From Bigelowiella natans CCMP2755 (taxonomy: Eukaryota; Protista; Cercozoa), in assembly GCA_000320545.1 (NCBI GenBank), contig ADNK01002379.1, positions 62,001 through 126,000 on the forward strand: a stretch of 64,000 nt of DNA, written 5' to 3'. The translations under genes were made by a program, and so were the position numbers. Each line of letters starts with the position of its first letter. Position 1 is the first letter of the stretch. Of the stretch, positions 1 to 12,846 are shown in pieces. The notes under the pieces are model-generated. The model saw only the letters and a program-made list of their open reading frames with translations, was not told the origin of the DNA and searched no databases.

Positions 1-89
1 AGAGAGAAAAGGAGAGGGGGGAGAGAGGGCATCGATAAGAATTGGACCTTTTGTTCATCCTTTCTTGCCAGATTCCACACACATAGCAT

Positions 90-195
90 GTCCTTACGAA
101 ATCCTTCCGCAGTGATACAATGTTTAGAGAAATTATCCTGAAGTGACCACAAAGACAGTTTTACACAAGGGAACACACAGTCACAAACACACACA

Positions 196-256
<61 letters not shown>

Positions 257-557
257 AGAGAGAGAGAGAGAGAGGGATGCAGGTATTCAGTTCGATGCAC
301 ATCCAAAGTAAGGACGTGAGTCATCATTCCTGCTCCTCTCATCCATGACACGTCGTAATTTATTCACCTCCTTTGGCACAATGGGGCCTACAAGGTTCAT
401 CAAAACGATAAAGGGCTGGTCCCTCTGTAGCCAATTGCGCAGGGAGAGATCGTTAAATTTATATAACTTGCGATGATGATACTTCACTGCGAACAACCGT
501 GAAGGATAATCTGCGATGCTTCATATCCTCATAGTGGTACGATACGCACACATGTGT

Positions 558-597
<40 letters not shown>

Positions 598-643
598 TGG
601 CCTAAGAGATCAAGAGAGAGAAATGGAAGGGGAGGGGGGGGGG

Positions 644-682
<39 letters not shown>

Positions 683-1660
683 TCCTACACATCCATCCCG
701 CCATATCATGAGCTGAAGCTCGGGCTACAGAGATAATCATTCACTCATTTACACCTACCTTCCCATCACCATCCAAGCGAGTGGCGGCTTGATCACGCAT
801 ATTCCACATCATCTTTTGTAAGAAACTTAGTGCGCCGGCGGTCGAAAAGCCAAAGACAACGACCTTTCCGACTCGCTGGTAGCTTGATGCCGCAAATATA
901 ACAAACCTTGTCGTAAAAAACGACGCTGACTTCCTCCTGGTCCTACGTGATCTCGATGACCTCGAAAACACCTGCATCATATGATTGTTAAGCCAATCAT
1001 TTGATATTCTCCCCACCACGAAAGATTTATATATCGCCTCTTCCTCACTTCCTTCCCTTCCCCCCTCCCTTCCCCTCTCCCTCCCTTCGTATCCCCACGT
1101 CAATAAGATGATCCGTACGTTTCTGGAGGGCGGTAGAACGCGCCGGAAAGCTCTTCGGAGCCTGACGAGGGAAGGAGCAATTCGCAAGCTCTGCATCGAC
1201 GTGTCACTGGTGGTCAGATCGGGTTGTGGTTCCGATGGCACGGCCGATCCCGAATAAGGCGCTTTTACATGGCAATACGATGCTGCGACAAGGGATTCGT
1301 AGGCGGTTTTCTAGATTTTACGATAAAAACAACAACAAAATATCGATAGTTTGGATACGAGTAGCGGGGAGCAGACGATTCCGATTATATTGGGATTCTT
1401 ATCGTTGCGACATGGAATTTAGGTTGTCGCAGGTTGTGGTTCCCATGGGTTGCGTCAGACTCAAAACCCATTGAGACCTCCGCTGCTAGATTAGGATTAA
1501 TGAGGGCTTTTGCCTGGAGCGTTCCAAAGTCCTCACGCCACACCCTGTGCTGTCATCATGATGTTCACGCTTGGCGGAAGGGGGATATGCTTCGTTTTGA
1601 TTGTCTGAGCGTGTTGTTGTTCACGATTTCTTCAGACGGTGGTAAGGAGCTGCGTATCAT
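90..1660 (-). CDS. Probable spliced hypothetical gene, runs off the left edge; boundaries uncertain
   Basis: Minus-strand open segments bounded by AG/GT-like sites between microsatellite tracts (VWREDFGTLQAKALINPNLAAE; KVVVFGFSTAGALSFLQKM; KLYKFNDLSLRNWLQRDQPFIVLMNLVGP). No recognisable family. Confidence 0.3.
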
Positions 1661-1719
1661 CTTCAAGTTTTTAAGTAGAGCTGCAGATCATTCTTCGGAG
1701 TCCACCAGGAGCGCAACAA

Positions 1720-2190
1720 ATGACGCATTTATCCCTCCCTCTACCATCGAACCGACCTTTATTTCTTCGAAGACGCCGCCGTACACGCTGCTGGCTATTT
1801 CCCCTCGGGATTCTTTTCGTCACGGTAATAAACGGTCATATGCTAGAGGTGTCCCTCAGTTATAATTGCAACAACCCCCCCTCCCCCCACACCCATTCCA
1901 ATAGATCGTTGTGCCGAGATCAAAAGTTCGCTTTCTACTGGCTTCACAAAATTTTCGCTCTAGTTCCCCGAAATTTTCGGATAAATCATGCGTAGCAGTT
2001 GATGAGGTTATCGGTCGGGTTCGGGGGGGCAGCGGAGCTTCAGGTAGTATATGATATAATAATAATAATAGGCTCTGCTTAACAACAATCTGGTATAGAT
2101 CGAACAACGCTTACGTATTTTGTGGACAGTTTTCTGTCCGCATTGACTAGGCCACATATCATCATCATCATCACCATCATCACCATCATC

Positions 2191-2221
<31 letters not shown>

Positions 2222-3426
2222 TATCATCATCATAATCATCACCGTCATCATATCCTCCTCATTATCATCATCATTATCATTATCATCATCATTATCATTA
2301 TCATAATCGTTCCACGATTCCGAACAAAAAGACTCGAGGATGATTAAATGTTTTTCCAAGTTCAATACTAATCCAAACGGTTTCCACTAAAGGGGGGCCC
2401 AGACTGAGCGCCTTCAATTTTTCGTCGCAGTCGCCCTTTCAACTCACCCCCCCGCGAATCGAAGGGCTTCCTTCTCCCCAGGCAGCAGGTGAGGCGGGAA
2501 GGCAGCTTGGGGAGCATCCTGATCCTCGAGACCCACGATATGGCAATGTCCATATGCCTACATCTGAGCAGGTGCCATTACATGCGAAAGGCCATATGTA
2601 ACAATGCCGAACCCGGGTTTTACAATTTACCATGGCGCCCATAGAGCTTTGTCCCTTTTTGCTACGTTATGCAGCTCATAATGGTGCATCTGGAAAGATA
2701 GATGCATTCTTCTTCTGCTTCTTCTTTTTCTTCTTCTTTCGCTCTCTTTTATGATCTCTCTATTGTTATCGTAGACGGAGACAGAACTGCAGGTGGCGGA
2801 GGATGAAAGCTACTTTTGGAATCAGGTTGTTCTCTGATGATGCTGAATTCGTAATCCTGCAGTAACGATGACCATGTTGATGAGTTTGTACTAAATGGAG
2901 ACAAGGAGATGCTTATACTTTGATGAAACATTTTAGCCTCGTGCAGATGTCAAGTTATAAACTAACATGATTCTTCCTTTTTTCCTTGTTCCTCTCAGTT
3001 TTCCTCATTTTTTTTCCCCCTATTCTTCTTCCTCTTCTTTTTCTTCATCATCATCATCTTCTTCTTCTTCTGCTGCTGCTGCTGCTGCGCCTACTCGTTG
3101 TGATGGCATCCTGCGAATTGTCAACTACCAGGGCTACGACGTGCCAGAAGTAACAGCGCTAGAAAAGGACCAATTCGAGTGGGACTTTGGCTGTGTGCAC
3201 CTGTATGTGTGCGTCCCGAACAGCACACTTCCACGAGATGTCGATGTCACCTGCCAAAGCCATGTAGGGCAAGGAAGAAGAAGAAGAAGAAGAAGAAGAA
3301 GAAGACGAAGAAAGAAAAAAGAAGAAGGAGAAAAGAGGATGGGTGTTGATGATGCTGTTTACAGAGCCTGATGTTTGTGTTAGGAAGACTCATCTTTCCT
3401 CTATGAATTGCTGTGTGCGTGCGTGC

Positions 3427-3462
<36 letters not shown>

Positions 3463-4843
3463 TTTACTGCATATGTGCGATGATGCGCAGTTGTATCTTG
3501 ATGATGTATCGCCCTTGCATTGTTGCCAGGCTATTTTGGTGGCTGTCCGTGACCGCACCGTGTTGAAAGGAGAGCTTTGGAACCAGATTCGTCCCGACGA
3601 CATCGAGTGGGAGCTGACAACCAAGCTCGACAAGTAGCAGTAGTAGAAGTAGAAGTAGTAGTAGCAGTAGTTGTTGTTGTAATTGTTGTAGTTGATGTTG
3701 CTGCTATCGTCGTAGTAGCACTGAGAGAGCTGTGTCTTGTGAATTGATGGTGTTCTTTCTTCTCATCATCGTCATCATCATCATCACCATCATCATTATC
3801 ATCACCACCACCACCGCCGCCATTGTTTTCCACCACCGTTGTTCCTCCCTGTTATGACGTGCTCCCTCCTCCAGGCCTGTCGTCCACATCCTCATGCCTA
3901 AGGCTACGAAAGGGCATTGGGTGTACTGCCTCAAAAGGTTGATATTTGTTTTGTCAAGAGATGCAATGTGTTATTACCTTTCTCTCTACTCGTTCGTATC
4001 CACACGGTCTTGGAAAGATGCACAATATACTTGCTTGATGCCACGTCTGTTCACCACAGCGGTTGCTTTCGTTTGTATCGATGGTTAGCGAGGAGGTCTC
4101 TGCTCCCAACTGGGCCGTGACCAACCGCGTGTGGATGGAGTTTGAGGCCGATGGATGTTTCGTAGGTTGATATGAGAGACTATAGAGGGAGGGGGGGGGT
4201 TCCATATCCACGATATAAACTTGCGACGGAAAGGCAAATTACATATCTCGATGCAGCTGATGACAGATCACTACCCGTTTGGCCAACCCCCTCTCTACCT
4301 CTCCCTCCCTCCCTCCCTCTTTGTCCCCCCTCCCCCACCCTCAAGGACGGGTTGTCTTTGGCCTCTACGGTAATGCGAAGACTAAGGCAGTGGAGAACTT
4401 CAGAGCTCTCTGCACCGGCGAGAAGGGGCGTGGTAAAGCAGCTCCGAACCTCTGGTCTGCCTTAGTAGCAGCGGCTGCTGCGACAGCAACATCTAACCCA
4501 ACAGCGCATAAAACGGCAATTGGTTATTACCAATATGTGGTGTGATTGACACCGCCCTGACGCGTTCCATCAGCGATGACCAGTGCCGCTACTTGTCCCC
4601 CGTTTTGGCAAAAATATGCAGTGTCATTTGCCATTGTGCTCGTAACAGTGGCTTTACGTGCTTCTCAACACCCCCCCCCCCCCCTTGTCCCCCATCCTAT
4701 CTGCTTCTTCTGCGTAGGTACAAAGGGAACAACGAGCATCTGATTCTGAGGAACGCCCTTCTAGCAGCTGGAGATATTGTTAATGGGACAGGAGATGGAG
4801 GGGAATCCATCTATGGGGCTTCATTCCAGGGATCATCTAAGAA

Positions 4844-4883
<40 letters not shown>

Positions 4884-5811
4884 CATATATACATATAGAT
4901 TTTTTGTGGAGAGGGAGAGAGTGCAGTCGGAGTTTCTATGAAGTGCGCCCGAATCCTCTTTTCCTCAATGCAACACCTCTTGATGGATGTTCATATTTTT
5001 CTTCTTCTTCTTCTTCTCCTTTTTCTTTTCCAAAGGACCGGCTAGATAGTAGCTCCTCGCACTGCGAAAGAGGCATGCTCTCTCTCGTAAGCATGCCCAG
5101 GGAGGATCACGAGCCTGAGGTGGCGACTGTATCGTGTTGTTGTTGACGATGATGATGATGATGATGATGATGATGATAGAGCGCTTATTGATGGCCGTGA
5201 CATATGATATAACTGGATGATGATGTTGGCGATGAGGCTGCTTTGATTCAACTCGTAATTGTCTGTTCTTGCGATGGTAAAACCTGCAGAAATTCGGCTC
5301 CCAATTCACAGTGACGCTTCAGACTATGCAGTATTTGGACCGCCATCAAATGATCATAGGAAAGGTTGCCAGTGTGTATATTGCTACATTACACACACAT
5401 ATACACATATGATCTGTATTGATGTGCACACCTAGGTTCTGAGCGGCATGGATGTGCTCGAGAAGGTTTCCCAATATGGGCGAAACCGTACCGAGCTGAG
5501 ATCCGCCGATGACCTCTCCCCGACAAAATGCGTGCGAATTTGCGACTGCGGAGAGGAGCAGGTAGCTGTGAACTACATCGAGGAGAAGTCACTCGATCAG
5601 ATGGAAATGGAGCAGGTTTGTGTTGAATTTCTGCTTTGTTATGTCCGAAAGTGCAAACGATTGGTGATGAGATTTAACAGCGTATTGCGTGTAGTTATTT
5701 TGTTGGATTGATACGGTGTGTGTCGCTGGCTTCTATGAGTCTCATTATATTAAGAATGGCCTGCGTGGGCACTCACGTTACAAAAACAGTCTTGTCTTTG
5801 TGTTACAACTT

Positions 5812-5850
<39 letters not shown>

Positions 5851-5970
5851 GTGTGTTCGTGTCCAAGTTTGTATCATCCTCTTTGTCTTCATGACGATAG
5901 TTATAATTTTCTTTTAATGGCTACTTCGTAGGTACAATGGGAGCGTGAGCAGAAGGATACTAAGCAATGA
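1720..5970 (+). CDS. CS (p23/NudC-like) domain + cyclophilin-fold fusion protein with a putative signal/targeting leader (multi-exon)
   Basis: CS-like exons YFWNQ / [21 protein letters not shown] / [28 protein letters not shown] / [14 protein letters not shown]. Cyclophilin exons VTNRVWMEF / [24 protein letters not shown] / [19 protein letters not shown] / RGMLSL / FGSQFTVTL / [16 protein letters not shown]. Stop TGA at 5968-5970. The 5' exons (1720, ~1904, ~2486) are less certain. Confidence 0.85.
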
Positions 5971-6982
5971 AACCTTGTTTCATGTCAGTGGAAAGAATCG
6001 ATGTGTTTCTACATTATTAGAATGTGGCTCTCGTTCAGAGCAGATTTATTTGCCTGTGCGTACGCACAGCTTGCATGCAAGCATTTATGCGCGCAACCGT
6101 GGAAAGAAGTGACATTAGTTGCTGTGGCATTGTCGCATCAGGAATCATACCGTGCGCTTACAGGGCATGTAGAACAATGAATAGCTGATTTTTGGCGCTG
6201 GCCAAATCATTCCATGCAAATCATGATGATACGATTAGAATTGGTGTCGCATGTCAAGATCAGTGGAAGAATGCCATGCTTCCTCAATGTCACCATTCTC
6301 CACGTTCTTCTCACGATTTTCATCGTCTCCATCGCCGGTATTCAAGCGCGGCTGTTGAGTGTGAACGCATTTCAGATGGAAGTTGAAAATCAGAGACGAA
6401 CATAACAGCAGTCTCATTCGCACACAATAAAAACAGGTTGCAGAGGAATCTCAAAATGCAAAACTATTCCGAGCTGACGTCATTAGAACCACCGACGCTT
6501 TTCTACCCTGGGAGGCAGCTATCGCAGCTATGCTTTCCCCTTCCCATGTTGGTATGATAGTATTAGAGGTGTGTAAAAAGGACAGCTTTGGTCAACTCCA
6601 TGAGGGAGAGCTGTGAAAAACTTGTGTACAGAAAGAATGTATGTGAGTCCAATCGCAATGGAGCTTGCAGTCAGCGCGTGAGCTCGCGTACATACACTAC
6701 TACTACTACTACTACTACTACTACATGTGAGTATTACATCGTTGTAAAAGCTTTGTTGACACCACTCACAGAGCTGTGATATCCGCCATTCTTGACGGCC
6801 CACCTATTACAAACGACGCCCATATCCAAGGGAAAGCAAGGAGAGAAACAGTAAGAATGCAAAAATTGTGAGTCAGTGATCTCTGTTGCACGCTACCGCA
6901 TTAGAACTCGGTGTTTTATATGAAATATTAGAATATACTCCCCTCCCCCCCCCCCCCTCTCACACACATACACACATTTATA

Positions 6983-8349
6983 TTATAAACGAGCATCAGC
7001 AAATGTGCCAACTCGCACGTTTTCACACACATCAGTCTTGAAGTCGGCTGGAGCAACCATCATCCCACAACTTGCGCACTGTGCACGGTATCCGTCGAGG
7101 AGGGGGATAGGCATAGGACCACGCCCCTCTCCCGACGCTGCCGCCTCCTCCTCACTGCTCGAGCTTTCCTGTAGTATTAAGGTGAAACGGACAGGGCTCA
7201 CCAAACGCCTCTTAAAATGCTTTGAGTTGTGGACGATGTGAGGTCGTTTTGTGTGGAGATTGGCTTGTAGCTTCTACGTCATGCGCATGGGTGCTTTTTC
7301 GTCGTTGTTTCGCTTTGCTCTTACCACCAATCGAGCAAGCGTCTCCCATTTGCTATACTGTTGCATCAAGTCCTTGCTGTGATCTGACGTTGGCCAGGGG
7401 ATACAAACGATTTAGCAGGTGTAAGAGGGGGGGGGGGCGAACGAGATTTTGGTAATTTGCATCCCCCTCCCCGTCGGCCTACTTCTCATCACTATATTAT
7501 GCTCATAGCTATTGAAATCGTGGATGTTTATTGATGACCGTCTCGGGTGTCCTCATGATCCTTCTTGCGTGTGAGGTTCTCCTCGAGGAGCTTAGCTCGC
7601 CTGGATCTTGCCTTCTTTCTCTCCTTTGGGTCCTTAATAGTGCCATTTAAAAAGAACAACAGCAATAACAACAACAGCAACAACAACATACGAGCGCTCA
7701 TGACCATTGCCTGCGGCCTTTTCGTAAATTTTTGCTTTCCCTCTCTTCTACTTTCTTCTGCGACTACTACCACGGCATATTTCACGCTGTGAGGCGATGC
7801 ACGTCCGCGGATGTCGAGATGCAGGTCTCCGGTCCTATGAACAGTTATCACCTGCACCCAAGAACGATATAGCGTTGGAATCAACGCATGCTCTCTGCCT
7901 CATCAAAATGGTGAGCAATATCGAGCTATGGCACGAATGCAAAGGATGAGACGAATCGTATCTACAAACAGCCAAGACGCGGTCGTGCAGATGCAGCAAA
8001 CACACAAGCCAACACGTGACTCTGAAGCCACGCTAGAAGACATCTCGTATATAAAGCATCATCGCTCGAGCTCGAGGAAGCAGCAGGGAATGCGAAGTAT
8101 GCGACTCAGTACCCTGGCCGGGGTCCACCCAAACTTGCTCGAGTTGTACAGCACCTAATCACAAAACGTATCCCACAACAAGTGTTTTTGGAGTGTGGGC
8201 AGTTGTTCTTGCTTCTCGAATCTTGCCACAAACATATATGAGCCAGCTTCCATGATCTCTCTCTACAAATATGCGCATACATACGTCATCTCCTGGAAGG
8301 AACGTGTGGTTCCAACCATACTCTGACTCTTTTCCTTTCTTCGCCTGGG

Positions 8350-8401
<52 letters not shown>

Positions 8402-8650
8402 AGCTTTAGCGTGATGATAAACATATGCTACGAATATTACGGTACTGTTTCTATCACCTGATTAGAACCAAGGGTGGCTCCCCATCCACCACCATCTTCA
8501 TCATCTGCATCGTTGCCAAGACTCTTCCGCTGCGTCTCTTCCTCCTTCTTAACCCGCGCAATGACCTCTGACAGGCTTTGGTTGAACGTGGACATTTCTC
8601 GACTGATATAATCTCGCACATACTTCTGATAAACACTCTTCGTGGTGGAC

Positions 8651-8697
<47 letters not shown>

Positions 8698-9483
8698 ACG
8701 AGAGAGAGGGAAGGGGGGAAGGGGAGAATTGGAGGGGGGTAAGTAGAGGGATGGATCGCTAGCTGTAGCAAATACGAACAGGCACACTCATTACGAAGGG
8801 GGTCATGTACTAATGCAACATGTTACTGTGGTATTGCGTGTCGCTGATTGTGCGATGGGGGCTATCCTCCTCCTTCCTACCTACCTCGTTGCCTCCCATC
8901 TGTGGTTTCATATCCTTCAACACCCCCTGGTCGCAGCAGAATACGCATATATATAGAATATACACACACAGACACGCAATCATCAACCATCAAGATTTCA
9001 TATGCTAGCAGAGAGTAGAAAAGGCTATTCAAGTCGAATACAACGATGCTGTTCCATGCAATTGATATCGGAGGAGAAGGGGGGAGGCTAACACCACGAA
9101 TGCAAGGATTAGGAAAGAATCCATGACATTACTGGCGCATGTATAGCATTTTCTCCATAGCACCATGCAGATTCTGTGTCCATTTTGTTTTCGAAACGCG
9201 AAAATAAACAAAAGTAGATGCCACGATGAGCAGCACCTAGCTTAGATGACCTTTTGCTGTGCGTAGGACAAAAATTCATCAGCCAACGACGAGTCGTTGT
9301 GATGACCAGATTTCGTTGGACCTTTCCTCATTCTCTCTTGCCTTATTCGTTCGGTTATCAGATCGATTTTGTCAAAGAGATTCGAGTCATTTAGGAGTTT
9401 TGCGGCCTCCTCATTATTCTGTTTAAGAGAGAGAGAGCGTAAGAGAGGGAGAATGTCGGGTAAGAGGGCAGCAGACGTCGTAC

Positions 9484-9538
<55 letters not shown>

Positions 9539-9903
9539 ATTTGGATGTTTGATTCGCGGCGTATTAGGACATATGAAGAAGAGGGAAAGATAATGGCTAA
9601 TATGCAGGTAATAACCTTCGGTAGAAGATCATCAAAAGGATTCCGCCCCTCTGCCCTCTCGGTCTTTTCGTCAACGTCGATGGCGCTTTTAGTCAAACCA
9701 CCACCACCACCTCGGAACTTGCTCATAGATGAGAGGCAACCCATTCGGCGACGTAAGACTCCAGAGTACTCCTGTTCGAAAGCAGCCCTCTGCAACAACC
9801 CTTCTGGCCTCCTTGCATCTCCCTCATGGGACGAGAGAAGCGTCCACCATCCATGCAGCAGCAGCACCGCAACAATACCCGGGTTGGCTGTGAAGGTCAC
9901 CAT
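6983..9903 (-). CDS. Hypothetical protein with an N-terminal hydrophobic leader and a small SH3/Tudor-like beta motif (multi-exon)
   Basis: ATG at 9903 (MVTFTANPGIVAVLLLHGWW...). Exons SVYQKYVRDYISREMSTFNQSLSEVIARVKKEEE, GWNHTFLPGDD|VLYNSSKFGWTPAR|VITVHRTGDLHLDIRGRASPHSVK, and a last exon ending VRVGTFADARL*. Confidence 0.6.
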
Positions 9904-10436
9904 TATGTATCCCGTCTATTCTGTCTCACTCGCCCTAGCCACGAAGCAAAGAAGGGAGGAAGAAGAGCGAGAGTAGGAGATGGACAGCCGGCGCTGCTTT
10001 TCTACTTCCACTCGGGTATTCTCAAGTATTCGTATCGAGTCTACGTTCCCTAGGACTGGTGCCATTGTGTCTCTGGTTCCATTGGAAGCCGCTGTGTGCC
10101 TTGTTGCTACGTACGCGATATTATTTTAGATATGTTATCGATAAAATTCGTTCAATAATGTATTGGATCCTGCATTCTGCGACTGGTGGACAAGGCCTCG
10201 GCAGCACCAACACAACTCTTCAGATGTTTCTAGCCGGAATAAACGCCTACTATTCAACTCCGTTTGAGCCCACGCGACATCATCACTCGCGCGTTTTTTG
10301 GTAAAATCCATTGCGTTTTTATGATAAAATAGGAATTTTTCCATCGGTTCAATTTCCGAACCGGCAATGAGGATACGGCTTCTTCTGGTTCCGTGCCCTC
10401 CGCTCTCTCTTCGCCCCCTCTCACAGCATCACATCG

Positions 10437-12846
10437 ATGCACTATACATATTTTTGCGTATGTTTTTGGTGTTCTCAGGCGGAGATAGCGGCAGTTGTTA
10501 TGGTGCTACTGCCGGTTTTCTCTTTTTCGGGTGCGCTGGGAGGGGGGCTAGCCCGGCTCGGAGCAGCTGGTAGTTCCGATAAATATGTATCAGCTCCCAA
10601 TATTCTCGATCAGCTATTTTGACTCCTCGTTCTTTAATGTTACAGGCATCAGAACTACACAAACTTCAACTCGCAGCTTCTTATCAATGAGGAAAATACC
10701 AGTTGGAGCTGTGTCCTCAGAGAAAGTCGTTGACTGCCCCCACACAACCCCTTCCCAATGGGCAGTTTCGAGCCACTTCCTCCCTATTTATTATGTAGCA
10801 TTTGTGTTGCCTTCCATTCCATCCCGTCCTCCTTTTCCGTACTTTTCGATGTAATATCCCATTCTCGACCAATCGTAGGGTAATGCCTCCTCGCCCCCCT
10901 CCCCACCTTGGAAGAGAGTAAACGCGCCCGTGTACAGCGTATCCACGAAGGACCCCCAGGTTGGTAGGCTAGATGAACGCAAAATTTATCACCCACTTTG
11001 TCTTCTTATACGTGTTAATGCATACTGCATGGTGTTCCGATGCGTCGTAGAGGAAGGGCAACATGAACATAGCGACGTACGTGAGCGCAGCGAGCTTGGC
11101 CAGAGCCCCAGGTGAAACACGCGAAGCCCGTGGAATTGGCGGGGAGAGAAAAATGAGAGTCGTGCCATGCACGATACTCTTAAGTAGCGTAAAGGCGAAT
11201 GAAGAGAAAGGGCGGAAAGGAGGGAGGTGGGGAATAGAATATGATTGTGTGGGCATTCACCTTTTGCAGAATCGAAGAAGTACTATTCTGTAGCCCTCTT
11301 CAAGGACACTCGAACGTACGTAGTAGATCGTCGAAGTGTTCATTTTGTCATAGTAAGTACTTCCTACATTTAGTCTATCAGGTTCGAAAGGTTTCCCTTT
11401 TTTTGTTTTTCATTTCCTCGTTTCAATGCCGCCGACACCTCCCCGCTCTGCGGTCAGCTATTCGTAGGGCACATTAACGATCAACACAGCATTTCCTCGA
11501 AAACCGCTCTTGTCCCAGCCGCACTCTTGCTGTGCTTACTTTGACCGCCAAACGCATACACCTAGGCACGAAAACGTAAGGAGGGACAATCGGTTGCTGC
11601 TTCAGTTGCTCAATACTGGACACGCAGAGCTGGTAGCACCCATGCACTTTCACGATTATGTGAGGTGTGCCTTCCGTTGTGATGTCCTTTTGTTTCGCCG
11701 TGTCGATTTACTTCATGGCTAAAAAATGGCGAGTCTCTTTGGCGTTGTCTGTGATTGTGCTCGTTGCATTTCGCCTTCCCCCCTCACAATCCACTTATGA
11801 ACTACAGGTCGAGATCCTTGGTCGCCAGTCGGCGAAGGACATCGATAAGATATCAAAGCTGGAAGAAATTGGAGAGGAGGTGTTATATAGTACAAACCAA
11901 CTGTTGTATCAACACAAACGGCTATGCTCTTGCACCGAATACGCGAATAGTCCCGTCGTTCTGAATGCTTGCGCCTGCGCGTGGTTTGAGTGCGTGTAGA
12001 ATCGTGGACATGCCTGATCTCCACGTCTCGTGTCGATAACGATTGCGAAGTGAAAAAGTTATAAATGTGGCAGTAGATGTTGTGGTTTTTCCTGCAACTG
12101 CTAAATGCGTCTGCCTATGTTCGTAGATTGCATGGAAAGATGGCTTCCCATACCTATCCTCCAGCACCGCTGTCCGTGAAACCCCCTCTCCCTTTGCATA
12201 TAAATTATCATAAAATGTGGTCGGGGAAGTTAGAGGAAGCATCCTTGAATAGAGGAACGCATATGAAACGAATAACCTCTTTGTAGGCGGCACGATCCTA
12301 AGTCTAAAATGCATTTATCGCTTATCATTGGAATCATATTGTTTGACTTCTTTGTCATACCGCCAGGTGTGTGATCTTCATAATTGTGGTTGGATCGACG
12401 CTGGAGACCATGAGTTAGGTAAGGAAACTCCACATACTATGGCGAAAACTACCCAGAGGCGCTGAATAAGAAAAGAGAGGATTCCCTCGTATCTGAAATG
12501 AGCTCCGTCCTGTGAGCATTCACAGATCTTGGTTCAAGACTCCAAGCATTATCATGAGCGAGAGCTTGTTTCTTGTTTCTATATCAGGTTTATTCGAAGT
12601 ACGGGATTGGTTTGTTGGCAGTGAAGGTTCGGTTTCTTGCTTTATAATTGATTCAAACCCTTTCAGATGCATCGTTCTTCCGATCCTGGTTCGAAACTGA
12701 ATACATATGTTTATTGGTGTTTTCACTACAATTTCACTTACTACTGCTCGCTGTGGCTGTTGCTGTTGCTGATGCTGGCATTGCCAATACAAGACACCAA
12801 AGCAATTCTGTATACGGACGACTTAAAAGAGATGGGAATTCTGTGA
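10437..12846 (+). CDS. Flavin reductase-like (DIM6/NTAB, Flavin_Reduct fold) protein with a bipartite-type N-terminal extension
   Basis: Spliced reading PWKRVNAPVYSVSTKDPQ|RKGNMNIATYVSAASL...HENVRRDNRLLLQLLNTGHAEL|VEILGRQSAKDIDKISKL|IAWKDGFPYLSSSTA|VCDLHNCGWIDAGDHEL|GLFEVRDW|DTKAILYTDDLKEMGIL*. The GDH motif is the family hallmark. Start codon uncertain (10367 or 10437). Confidence 0.8.

Noticed and set aside
180-720. ORFs of poly-CV/HT/ER/LS/YI dipeptides here and across the window
   Set aside because: Translations of intronic (TG), (AG) and (TA) microsatellites.
10458-10478. Possible 21-nt nucleomorph-sized intron (GTATG...CTCAG)
   Set aside because: In frame and without a stop, so it cannot be distinguished from coding sequence without transcripts.
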